Made by a program: the position numbers and the translations under genes | Assembly: GCA_965223705.1 (NCBI GenBank) | Contig: OZ245015.1 | Span: 1,600,001 to 1,664,000 of the forward strand | Origin: Myxococcota bacterium | Lineage (GTDB): Bacteria; Myxococcota_A; UBA9160; UBA6930 | Direction: 5' to 3' | Length of the DNA stretch: 64,000 nucleotides | Notes under the pieces: generated by a model | What the model saw: only the letters and a program-made list of their open reading frames with translations | Told to the model about the DNA's origin: nothing | The model's database searches: none | Shown: positions 39,211 through 51,200 of the stretch, piece after piece | How positions within the stretch are numbered: position 1 is the first letter of the stretch | Layout of the letters: every line of letters starts with the position of its first letter

Positions 39211-42200
39211 CTATGCGTCGGCCTCCGGGTCAGAACCGAGCACCGAGTCGAGCTGACGTTCCTTGTCTTCCGCGCTCTTGAGGCTCGCCTCGAGTTCGCG
39301 CCGTTGGTCCTCGTTCAACGAAAGCACCGTCAGCGGGTCGGCTCTCTTCCACAGGGGCACGGCCGAGAAGCCGATGGCGGCGAGAGAGCTCGAGCGCATG
39401 ATCACCGACAAGAGGCCCGTCGCGCCCGCAATGGCGAGCGACTGGAACGATCGGTGAACCCACTCGATGTCCGCGCCTTCTTCCTCGAGCTGTCGGGTGA
39501 GCTCGCTCCGCAGGGTCTCGATCGATTCCAAGAAGGCCGGGTGCACGTAGCGCTTGGCCGCCTTGTCGTGTTCTTCTTCGAACACTTGGCTAGTACCACC
39601 CGACGTCCGTTCCGCTTCAACCAAAGTGAGCCCTCGTGTCTCGAAGCGCCCAGAGTCGCTCGCCGCAGCATGGAGCTCCCGTTTCTCACGAACAACTTCG
39701 TTGACCTGACCCAGCGTCAGATGAGCGTCCGCCGTGGAAATACGCTCTTCCTTTTGCGGAGTCGCGACTTTCGTTTCGACTTTGGGTTCGTCGGGTGAGG
39801 GCTCGGCCGACGCTACTTCTTCGGGCTCCGGCGTAGCGACGACTTGCTTGGCCTCGATTTCCACGCGTACAGCGCGGGAGTCGATCGCCCCCGCGGAATC
39901 CTCGGCGGAGATCATCAGATCGAAAGCCGTGCGACCACTGTTGCCGAGGGCGTTCGGATTGGCCACGAAAACGTCACCCGTCGACGGATCGATCGCGAAC
40001 GCTCCATCGACGTTGCCGCCCACGATGGCGTAGACCACCGAATCTCCCGGATCCGGATCGACGGCAACCACTTGACCCACCCACGATCCGGGCCCGGCTC
40101 CCTCACCGACACCGAACGTGTCCGCGTAGAGGACCGGCGCGTCGTTCTGCGGGTTGACGGTGACGTTCACGGTGGTGGTATTGGAAGGCGCGCCCGAAAG
40201 ATCACGGATCGTGTACGTGAAGGAGTCGGCGATCGTCTCGGACCCGTCGTGGGTGTACGTGACGGTACCGTCGCCGTTGACGAGGACGGTTCCGTTCGCC
40301 GGCGCTCCGATAATCTGGATCGATGCGAGATCGAGGGGGTTGTCGGGATCCGTATCGTTCGCGGCGAGGTCGATATTGACGGCCGCTCCTTCGTTGACGA
40401 GCGCCGCATCATCGACGGCCGTGGGGGCGTCGTTTTGGGGCGTTACGGTGACGTTGACCGTGGCCGTGTTCGAGATAGAACCCGAGAGGTCGCGGATCGT
40501 GTACGTGAAGGAATCGCCGGTGGTCTCGGACCCGTCGTGGGTGTAGGTCACCGTACCATCGCCATTGACGACGATCGATCCGTTCGCGGGCGACCCGAGG
40601 ATTTGGATCGACGTGAGGTCGAGGGGATTGTCGGGATCGGTGTCGTTCGCGGCGAGGTCGATGCCGACGGCCGCGCCTTCGTTGACGACGGCAGCGTCGT
40701 CGACCGCAGTCGGTGGATCGTTCTGAGGCGTCACGGCGACGTTCACCGTGGTGTTCGAGATAGCACCCGAGAGATCGCGGATCGTGTACGTGAAGGAATC
40801 CGCGGTGGTCTCGGACCCGTCGTGGGTATAGGTGACCGTGCCGTCGCCATTCACGAGGACGGTTCCGTTCGCGGGCGCCCCAACGATCTGGATCGATGCG
40901 AGATCGAGTGCGTTGTCGGGATCGGTGTCGTTCGCCACGAGATCGATATTGACGGGGGCGCCTTCGTTGACGACCGCGGCATCGTCTACCGCGGTCGGCG
41001 CATCGTTCTGCGGCGTCACGGTGACGTTGACCGTGGCCGTGTTCGAGACGGCACCGGATAGATCGCGGATCGTGTACGTAAACGAGTCCGCGGTGGTTTC
41101 GGATCCGTCATGGGTATAGGTCACCGTACCGTCGCCATTGACGAGGATGGATCCGTTCGCGGGCGCTCCGACAATCTGGACCGACGTGAGGTCGAGGGGG
41201 TTGTCGGGATCGGTGTCGTTCGTCGCGAGGTCGATGTTGACCGCGGCGCCTTCGTCGACCAAAGCCGCGTCGTCTACCGCCGTCGGGGCGTCGTTCTGCG
41301 GGTTGACGGTGACGTTGACCGTGGCCGTGTTGGAGACCGCGCCCGAGAGGTCGCGGATCGTGTACGTGAAGGAATCGCCGGTGGTCTCCGACCCGTCGTG
41401 GGTGTAGGTGACCGTACCGTCGCCATTGACGAGGATGGATCCGTTCGTGGGTGCTCCGACAATCTGGATCGACGTGAGGTCGAGGGGATTGTCGGGATCG
41501 GTGTCGTTCGCGGCGAGGTCGATATTGACGGCCGCTCCTTCGTTGACGAGCGCCGCATCATCGACGGCCGTGGGGGCGTCGTTCTGGGGCGTTACGGTGA
41601 CGTTGACCGTGGCCGTGTTCGAGATAGCACCCGAGAGATCGCGGATCGTGTACGTGAAGGAATCGCCGGTGGTCTCTGATCCATCGTGGGTATAGGTGAC
41701 CGTCCCGTCGCCGTTCACGAGGATCGATCCGTTCGCAGGCGCGCCAACGATCTGGATCGATGTCAGGTCGAGAGGGTTGTCGGGATCGGTGTCGTTTGCG
41801 GCGAGGTCGATGCCCACCGCGGCGCCTTCGTCGACCACCGCCGCATCATTGACCGCGGTCGGCGCATCGTTCTGAGGTGTCACCGTGATGGTGACCGTGG
41901 CGGTATTGGACACAGCACCCGAGAGGTCGCGGATCGTGTATGTGAAGGAGTCCGCGATGGTCTCGGACCCGTCGTGGGTGTAGGTCACCGTACCATCGCC
42001 ATTGACGACGATCGATCCGTTCGCGGGCGCTCCGACAATCTGGACCGACGTGAGGTCGAGGGGGTTGTCGGGATCGGTGTCGTTCGTCGCGAGGTCGATG
42101 TTGACCGCGGCGCCTTCGTCGACTAACGCCGCGTCGTCTACCGCCGTCGGGGCGTCGTTCTGCGGGTTGACGGTGACGTTGACCGTGGCCGTGTTGGAGA

Positions 42201-45200
42201 CCGCGCCCGAGAGGTCGCGGATCGTGTACGTGAAGGAATCGCCGGTGGTCTCTGATCCATCGTGGGTATAGGTGACCGTCCCGTCGCCGTTCACGAGGAT
42301 GGATCCGTTCGCAGGCGCACCAACGATCTGGATCGATGTCAGGTCGAGAGGGTTGTCGGGATCGGTGTCGTTTGCGGCGAGGTCGATGCCCACGGCGGCG
42401 CCTTCGTCGACCACCGCCGCATCATTGACCGCGGTTGGCGCGTCGTTCTGCGGTGTCACCGTGATGGTGACCGTGGCGGTATTGGACACAGCACCCGAGA
42501 GATCGCGAATCGTGTACGTGAAGGAGTCCGCGATGGTCTCGGACCCGTCGTGGGTGTAGGTCACCGTCCCGTCGCCGTTCACGAGGATGGATCCGTTCGC
42601 GGGCGCTCCGACGATCTGGATCGACGTGAGGTCGAGGGGGTTGTCGGGATCGGTGTCGTTCGCGGCGAGGTCGATGCCCACCGCGGCGCCTTCGTCGACC
42701 ACCGCCGCGTCGTTGACCGCGGTCGGCGCATCGTTCTGCGGGTTGACGGTGATGTTCACTGTGGCCGCGTTGGAGACCGCGCCCGAGAGATCGCGAATCG
42801 TGTACGTGAAGGAGTCCGCGGTGGTCTCGGACCCGTCGTGAGTGTAGGTGAGGGTACCGTCGCCATTGTCGACGAGTGAGCCGTTTGCCGGCGCGCCGGT
42901 GACCGTGATCGACGAGAGATCCAAGCCATCGTCCGGATCGGTATCGTTCCCCGCCACGTCAATCACGACGGAGCTACCCTCGTTGACGATCGCCGCATCC
43001 CCGACAGCGGTAGGAGCATCGTTTACAGCGACGACAGACACGATTGTCACGGCAGTGTTGCTCGTGGTGGTCCCGTCATTGACTTCGAAATCGATGTAGC
43101 GGTTCGTCGTGTTCGGTGCTGCCGAGCTGTTGTCGTAGGTAATCGTCCTGAGCACCTGCTGGTAGTTCGCGAGCGAGTCGGTGCCGCTCAGCAGGAGGAT
43201 GCCTGAAACCGCGTTGTAGCTCGCTACGATGCTCGTCCCAGTCGTGTTCGCCGATAGGATCTCGGCGGAACCGTCTTGAAGGTTCGTGATGGTAGCGGTC
43301 AGCCAAGCCAGGTTTGCGCTGTCGACATCACCGATAAACCCGTCGGAGTCGACGACGAGTACGGGGCCGCCACCTTCGGTGAAGGTCGTCGAGAAGTCCT
43401 CACCTACCTCCGAAGAGTCGTCGAAGTCGAGATCGAGAATGGGCGAATCGTCAACGGCGTTGATCGTGAGATTCACCGTCGCGATGTTCGATGAGCTACC
43501 TGAAACGTCATCGATTCGATAGGCGAAGGTGTCGGACACCGTTTCCGAGCCGTCGTGTGTGTAGGTCAGCGTCCCATCGCCGTTATCGATGAGGGTGCCG
43601 TTCGTCGGCGCCGTGGTGATGACGATGGAACCCAGGTCCAAGGCGCTGTCGGGGTCGCTATCGTTTCCCGCGACATCGATGACAACCGACTGTCCTTCGT
43701 TGACAACAGCGGCATCGGCCCCGGCGGTGGGCGCGTCGTTCACCGGATTGACCGTGATACTGACCGTCGCGACGTTGCTGGTGGCGCCCGAGAGATCCTG
43801 AATCGTGTAGGTAAACGTGTCGGTCGTGGTCTCCGACCCGTCGTGGGTGTAGGTGACGGTGCCGTCACCATTCACAAGGATTGAACCGTTTGCAGGCGCC
43901 CCGACGATCTGAATCGACGTGAGGTCGAGCGGGTTGTCGGGATCGGTGTCGTTCGCAGCGAGGTCGATCCCAACGGAAGCGCCTTCGTTCACGGCCGCCG
44001 CATCGTCGACCGCGGTCGGCGCGTCGTTGAGCCCGACGATACGGATCGTGGTGGTCGCGATATTGCTAAGATGGGAGACGATCGGGCCCCCGTCACTCGC
44101 GACGGTCTGGAGAACGCGATCCGTGAGGTCCGGCGACGCCGACGCGTTGTGGTACGTCACGGTCTCCAACACGGCTTGGTAGTTCGCCAGGGTGTCCGAG
44201 CCCGAAAGAGTCAGGAGTCCCGTTCCAGAATCGTAGGAAGCCGAAATCGCGGTCCCGGTGACGTCGGCAGAGAGGCTCTCCGAGGCGCCGTCGAGCAGGT
44301 TCGTGATCAAGACCGTCATCGACGCGAGGTTGGCGTGGTCGGAATCGCTGATGACGACGTCGCCGTCCGAGATCAATACCGGACCCCCGCCTTCGAAGAA
44401 CGTCGTCTCGAAATCGGAGCCGGGGGTTCCCGAGCTATCGTCGGCATCGAGGTCGATGAACGGGCTGTCATTCTGCGGGGTTACGGAGACGCTCACCGTG
44501 GCGGTGTTGGAGACCGCACCACTCGCGTCTCGAATCCTGTACGTGAACGAATCGGTCGTGGTCTCGGACCCGTCGTGGGTGTAGTCGACGGTGCCGTCAC
44601 CGTTCACGACGAGAGACCCGTTCGAGGGAGCACCGACGATCTCGATGGACGTCGGGTCGACGCCGTCGTCGGGATCCGTGTCGTTCGCAGCGAGGTCGAT
44701 CGTCGTGGTTCCCCCTTCGAGAACCGCCGCCGCGTCGGCCGCCGCGGTCGGAGCGTCGTTCACGTTCGTGAACGTGATCGCCGCCGCCTCTGGTCCGTCC
44801 GACAGGGAGCCATCTGAGACCGTCACCGCGTAGCTCGGTGCCGCTTCGCCGCCGTCGTGCACGAATTGGATGTCGCCATCCAGCACTTGCTGCTGGGTGA
44901 AGGTCGTGATCGCGACGCCCGGGTTCGCCACCGCCTCGAACCGGCCGCCGGAGACGGAGGAGACCGTAAATTCGAGTAGCCCCGCCGCCGTCTCAACATC
45001 GCTCGCCGAGACGTTCGAGGCGGAGAGGACCACCGTTGCCCCTTCGCTGATCACGAGCGCGTTGTTGCCGAGCAGCGGGGCATCGTTCTCCGCAGTGACG
45101 TCGATCCGGAGGGTCTCCGTCAGGGAGTCCGAGCCGCCGTTCGCGGTTCCACCCGAGTCGGTGACGCGGAAAGAGAAGAACGAGAAGCTTCCGCTCTCGT

Positions 45201-48200
45201 TGGGTGCCGGCTGGAACTGCATACCCTGGATCTGCGCGAGCGAGTACGTGCCCGTCGTGACCTGGGTGGTGTCGTCCGCGAGGTAGATGGTCCCGAAATA
45301 GACCGGATCCGGCACGACGGTCACTTCATACGTAAGGGTCTGGCCACTCTCATCCGAGCCGCCTCCCGCACCGTAGGCAAGGGCGCCCAGACCAAGCGAG
45401 GTCAAGCCCGAGTCCTCGGCAACGACGAGGTTGTTGACGGAACCCGCCGTGCGGACCGGGGCGTCGTTCACGGGATCCACCTGGATCACGAGGACGTCGA
45501 CGTCTTCTTCGCTCGAAGCGTCTCCACTCACGCCGGGATCGATTCCCGAGTTACCGAGATCGTTCGTCGCGATCATCAGATTCACGTTGCCGGTAAAGTC
45601 GGCGGTCGTGTCGAAGGTCAACGTGGCAAGGGCGGCATTGAGTTCGGCGATCGTGCCGGTGAACACCATGTTGGCGTCACTCGTTCCGTCCCCCGCCGAG
45701 AAGGAGAGGCCGGTGGTGCTCCCGAGGCTGAGTAGACCTCCCACACCGACGTTCAGCTGAACGCGCAACGTATCGGTCGGCAGCGCGTCGACGTCCCCGA
45801 CCTGCAGCGAGTCGCCCCCGGTGAAGGCGAGGGTTCCATCCTCGAGGACCGACACCGTGCTCGGTGCGGTATTCACCGGAGCGTCGTTGACCGCCGTCAG
45901 CTGGATCTGCTTCGTCGCCGTAGGACCGCTATCGATGCCGTCATCGAACGTGAAGGACACCGTACGAATGAGCTCGCTTGGGGCGTCGGACCCGTTGTAG
46001 AACGTGACGCTGCGGAGCGCCGCCTCGAAATCGGCCACACTCGCCGTCTGCCCCGCGCGTACCGACAGCACCAAGCGGTCACCGAAGTCCGTAGCGACAA
46101 TCGTCGTGGTGTCGGTGAACCCGAGCGTGTCGTCCGCGCTGTAGTTACCCGTGATCTGAACGACCGCAGTGTAGAGGTTGCTCGGGTCGACGCCTTGAGC
46201 GCCGTCGGGATCGACGAGGGTGAGGCCGGAGTCGATCGCGACCGCTGCCTGTTGCTCGGTGTAAGTGGTCGCGCCCGCGGTCGTCGTGATGACATTGACG
46301 TCGTTGTCACTCATGACGGTAACAGACGTCGTGGCGACGGGACTGTCGTCGCTACCGTCGTTCGCCACAAAGGTGATGACGCGCGTTGTCTCGTCCGGGG
46401 TCTCGGACGTGGAATCGTAAGTGACCGTTCGCAGGACCTGCTGGTAGTTCGCAACGGAATCCGATCCCGAAAGGAGCAGCGTTCCCGTACCCGGGTTGTA
46501 GCTCGCGAGAATCGAGGTTCCGGTGGTGTCGGCGGAGAGCAATTCCGCCGAACCGTCGAGCAGGTTCGCGATCGTCACGGCGAGCGAGGTCAGGTTCGAG
46601 CTGTCGACGTCACTGAGTGTTGCATCAGCGTCCACGATAGCCACCGGTCCGTTGCTTTCGGTCCAGCTCGTCGCAAAGTCAACACCCGCCGCTGCGGAAT
46701 CGTCCGCATCCAAGTCGAGGGCCGGCGCATCGTTTACCGGGTTCACCGCGATGGCAACCGTGCCACTCCCGACGTCATCGCCCGCATAGATGGCGGCGAT
46801 CTCATCGGCGGACAGCGCCTGGGTGTAGATCCGTGCGTCGTCCACCATGCCGAGTAGATCGAAGCTGCTGTCGGTAACATCGGCGTGGGTGCCGATGGTC
46901 GATTGCGGGAACCAACCGGTCCAAGTAATCGACGATGCGTAGCTGGCCGTGGCGACGACCTGTCCGTCGATATAGAGCGTCTGCGTGTCGTTGGCATCAT
47001 CGAAGCTGAAGGCCACATGGTGCCATTCACCGGCATTCATCGTCGTGCCACTTCCGATGAACTGGTGGGTCGAACCGTCGTAGAAGAAGGCGCTGACGCC
47101 CTCGCTCCAGTCGTTGATGCGGATGGCTACGTCATTGCCCAGAGAGATCAACTCGCCGCCATTCACTGCGGTGCTAGAAAAGTTGACCCAGGCCGCCAGC
47201 GTGACATCCGCCGGCTGCCCGTACAGGTCGTCGATGCGGACGTATTCTCCCGCCGCATCCAGCTGTAGCACTTCGCCGCGGTCGACATCCGCGGTGGTAT
47301 CGGCTCCGCCAACCAGCACGGCAGGTTGTGCGGTCCCGGCAGACTGGTCGGCAGCGGAACCGCCGGTAAACGTGTAGTGCCCCTGCAAGTCCGCGGCCAG
47401 CGCGGTGGTCATGTTCAGCGTTACCGCGCCGTTGTAGCCGGCATCCGGAGTAAAGGTCATGCCCTCCAGCGCGGCGTTGAGTGCCGACTCGGTGCCATTG
47501 ACGACAAAAGAGCCGGTGCCGTCACTGCCTTCGACGAAGTTCAGACCGGTCGTCTGCGCAAGCGTCAGCACGCCGTTGTCGACCGACAGGTTCACCTGAA
47601 ACTCCGTATTCGCGGTGATTACCGAGTCATCAACGGTCACGGCGTTGCCGTTGCCGCTGCTGAAAGTCAGGATCTGATTCTCGTCCACCGATTGCGGCCC
47701 TGGAAGCGACTGGCTGGCTTCGAGCGCGTTGTCGACCGAGATCGACATTACTTCGCTGTAGGAATGTCCGGCGGCGTCGGTGACCTCGACCGTGACGTCG
47801 TGAGAGGTCGCCGCTTCGTAGTCGAGCTGCGAGGCGTCGGCGACGGTAATCGCGCCCGTACTGCCGTCGATGGCGAAACGGCCATTGGCGTCATCCGTCA
47901 GACTGAATGCGTAGTTGCTGAGAACCTGGCTCGCGTCATATTCGATGATGTAAGGGCGAACGCCGATGCCTTCAGCGTCTGCCCATTGTCCGCTCGCGAC
48001 AAGCATGCGCGCAACATCCTCGTCGCCACCGCCCCCGGCGTCCACGCTCGGCTCGCCCACGAACCAGTTGACGTATTGTCCACTCACCGCGGTGCCGCCC
48101 GAATCGCCACTCCAGAAGGCTTCGTTTTCTTGTGCTCCCGAAAGCCAGCGCCAGTCACCCTCCGTGCTTTGGTCGGCCGCGCCGAGCCAGATATCCGCAC

Positions 48201-51200
48201 CGATCGTTTGCGCGAGGTCGTGAACGACCTCGTTCTCATACGCGGAATCGATAGTGACCAGCTGGCCAGAAATGCCATTCAACGTCGAGGTTGTCGCGAC
48301 ATAGAGTGCCGTCGACCAGTTGGCCTGCGTCGTCGCGACCTGATAGAACTTGCCGGTGGCCGCGTCGTAAGAGAGCGTCGGATCGTTGTTCAGGATCGTA
48401 CTGATCGCTAGCGGGACTTCGATGACCTGAACGTCGGCGATGAGCGGGCCGTAGCTGTTGGCGCCGTCCATCGAGGCGAATGTCAGCTCGGTGGCAGTTG
48501 AATCTGCCGTAAACGTGAAGGAGCGATGCTCCCACAACAGATTGGTGGTCGACCAATCGCCGGGTTGGGAGATCTGGAAATCCTGAGATTCGCCATTCGC
48601 TGCAGCTCTCAGGTCCTTGACGGCATCGCCACCACTCCAGTCCCCGCTGAGAGCAAAGACGACCTGGTACTGTCGGCCGACTTCAGTCGCCAACGTCTGC
48701 TCGATCACCCCGGCGGTCGAACCATTGAGGTCAATTGTATTGCCACCAAGCAGCGAGCTCTCGAGGGTGTTTCCCGCCACTTCGACGTCGCCGGATTGAA
48801 CCGTCCAAGGGCCGATCGTCGAACCCGCACCCAACAACTGGTATGAAGTGCCTTCGGACAAGAACAGCCCATCGCCGACGATATCCTGCGGCGAATCCGG
48901 ATCGCTCGGCACCACGAAGCCGACGGTCGTTCCGTCAACCGCGTTCTCGCTGACATGCAGGTCTTCAACCGGCGTACTGGCGGTGAAGCCAGCGCCGGCG
49001 GCATGACCGATGCTCAGGTTGTTGCCGCTCACAACATCGACGACCTCGCTCGATCCGTTGAAGCCGTCCATCTGCCAGTTGGCGATCAGGCCGCTGGGCA
49101 GGCTGCCGCTGTCGAGTTTCTGCTGGTGATTGAAGGCGATCTCACCGTGCGAACGGACCTCATTCCACACGCGGACGTCGTAGAGCGTGCCCTGGAACGC
49201 TTGGGTCGACTGGAAACTGCCGCCCAGAGCATCCTGTTCGTTGCCGATGATCAGAGTGCCGCCGGGATCGATCGTGTTCCCGATCTCGATGCCGGTACCG
49301 CTTTCGATCAATTCGCCGTTGCTGTAGACGGCCCAGCTCCCTGAGCTGTTTTCCCATGTCACCGCGAGGTGCTGAACACTGCCATCGCGCAAGGTGTTGT
49401 AGTCGATACTGGTCAGGTGAATATCGGTATCGGCTATGTAGAGGTAGGCGTCGTTGCCAGCGAAGACAAACACGAATTCGTTGTCGTTGGTCGCAGTTGC
49501 ATACGAGACCAACGGCGTGAAGGAGCTCGTGTCCGAGGTCGCGAACTGAATCTCGTAGGTCAGCGAAGACAAGCCGCCGAGAAGTATCCCGCCATCGTTC
49601 GCGACCAGGTAGGCATCATTCCCGCCGTCGGTGTTGAGCTCGATGCCGCTCGAGAGATCGGTCGGCGCGTTGTTGTCTTCAACGAGGTCGCGAAGCGAGA
49701 TAGTGAAGGCTTCGTCGTAGGCGTTGCCGTCGACATCGGTGGTACGAATCGTGACGGTGTGCGTCGCATCCGTTTCGTAGTCGAGCAGCGTGCCGTCCGC
49801 TACGCGAATCGTACCGCTGTTTCCGTCGATCTCAAACGCACCGGCCACCGTTTGCGACTGAATGGAGTAAGTGAGCGCTTGAGTTCCATCGAGAACGGCC
49901 TCAGCATCCCATTCGATGATGTAGGCGAAGTTGACATTGTCGCGATTATCCTCCCAGGTTCCGTCGGAGAGCATGTAAGCGGCGTCCTCGCCGAGACCGT
50001 TGTCGTTGGGGGCGGTCGCGGACTTCCAGTTCGAGTAGGTACCGTCGACCGACGAGCCGGTGACTGCACCGAGCCAGAAGTGGTCGCCAGCCGTGGCGCC
50101 CTCGTACCAACGCCACTCGCCCTCGACGTCGATGTCGGCGGCACCCAGCCATGTGTTCGCGCCGCCGATGACCGAGTTGAGTTGGATGTCGTTGACGACT
50201 TCGTTCTCGTGGGCCGAGCGAATCGTCACAAGCTGGCCGCTGACGCCGCCCAGCGTCGTGCCCGTCGCCGCGGACTGGGCGGTCAGCCAGGTCGTCGTGC
50301 TGCCGACCGCCTTGTAGAACTTCGCAGTGTGAGCGTCGTAGTAGAGATCCGGGTCCGCGGCGAGGAGGGCTGCGATTTGGGCGTCGCGCTCCGCATCGGT
50401 GCCCGATACTGTACCGACGACGGTCCCGTTCAGGGCGTTCTCTTCGACCGTCAGGCTCAACTGCGGTGAGCTGGAGGTGAATCCCCCGCCGGCGGCATGC
50501 GCGACCGTCAGGTTGTTGCCGCTGACCGATTCGGTGATCACCCCGTCGCCAGAGAGCTTGTCGAACTGCCAGTTGGCGATCAAGCCGCTTTCGTCGTGGG
50601 GAACGGTGCTGTTGTAGCGGGTGGCGATCTCGGCGGCGGTGCGCACATCATCGAAAAGGCGCACATCGTACAAAGTGCCCTCGAGAAACTCGGTCGAGGA
50701 ATAGCCGCCGCCGACCGTATCCTGATCCTGCCCAACGACGAGTGTCCCCCCGGCCGCAAGGGCCTGTGAGGCTGCCAGCCCCGTTCCGCTGTCGACGGAC
50801 ACCCCATCGACATACACCTCCCAAGCGCCGCCGCTTGCATCCCATGTCACCGACAGGGTGTGCGGCTCGCCGTCGGCGAGGCTGTGATAGTTGAAGGCGG
50901 ATGACTGTACGGTCTGATTGGCGACTTCGATCAGGAGGTTCTGATTGGTGAACACGGACAGGCGAACAGAATCGTCGCCGTCGGCGGCCATGTAGGAAAG
51001 CAGCTCGTGATTGTGGGAGGTGTCGCTATAGCTGAATCGGACCTCATATGTGAACTGGGTGGCCCCTCCCAGAATCGCTCCGCCGTCGTCTGCGATCAGG
51101 TGGGCGTCACTGCCGCCGTCCTCGTTCAGGCTTAGCCCGCCCGTCTCGGTGGCCGTGACCGTCAGATCCGAAGGCGCTGCGGGATCGACGGTGACCGTAA

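Noticed and set aside
39211..40140. Classical RTX/T1SS or autotransporter C-terminal signal on the giant protein
   Set aside because: No GGxGxDxL nonapeptide repeats and no beta-barrel with a terminal aromatic residue are seen.
40147..43023. Regularly spaced direct repeats as a possible CRISPR array or DGR template/variable repeats
   Set aside because: The units are 288-bp in-frame coding repeats without unique spacers. No cas or reverse transcriptase gene is in the window, and the differences are mostly synonymous.
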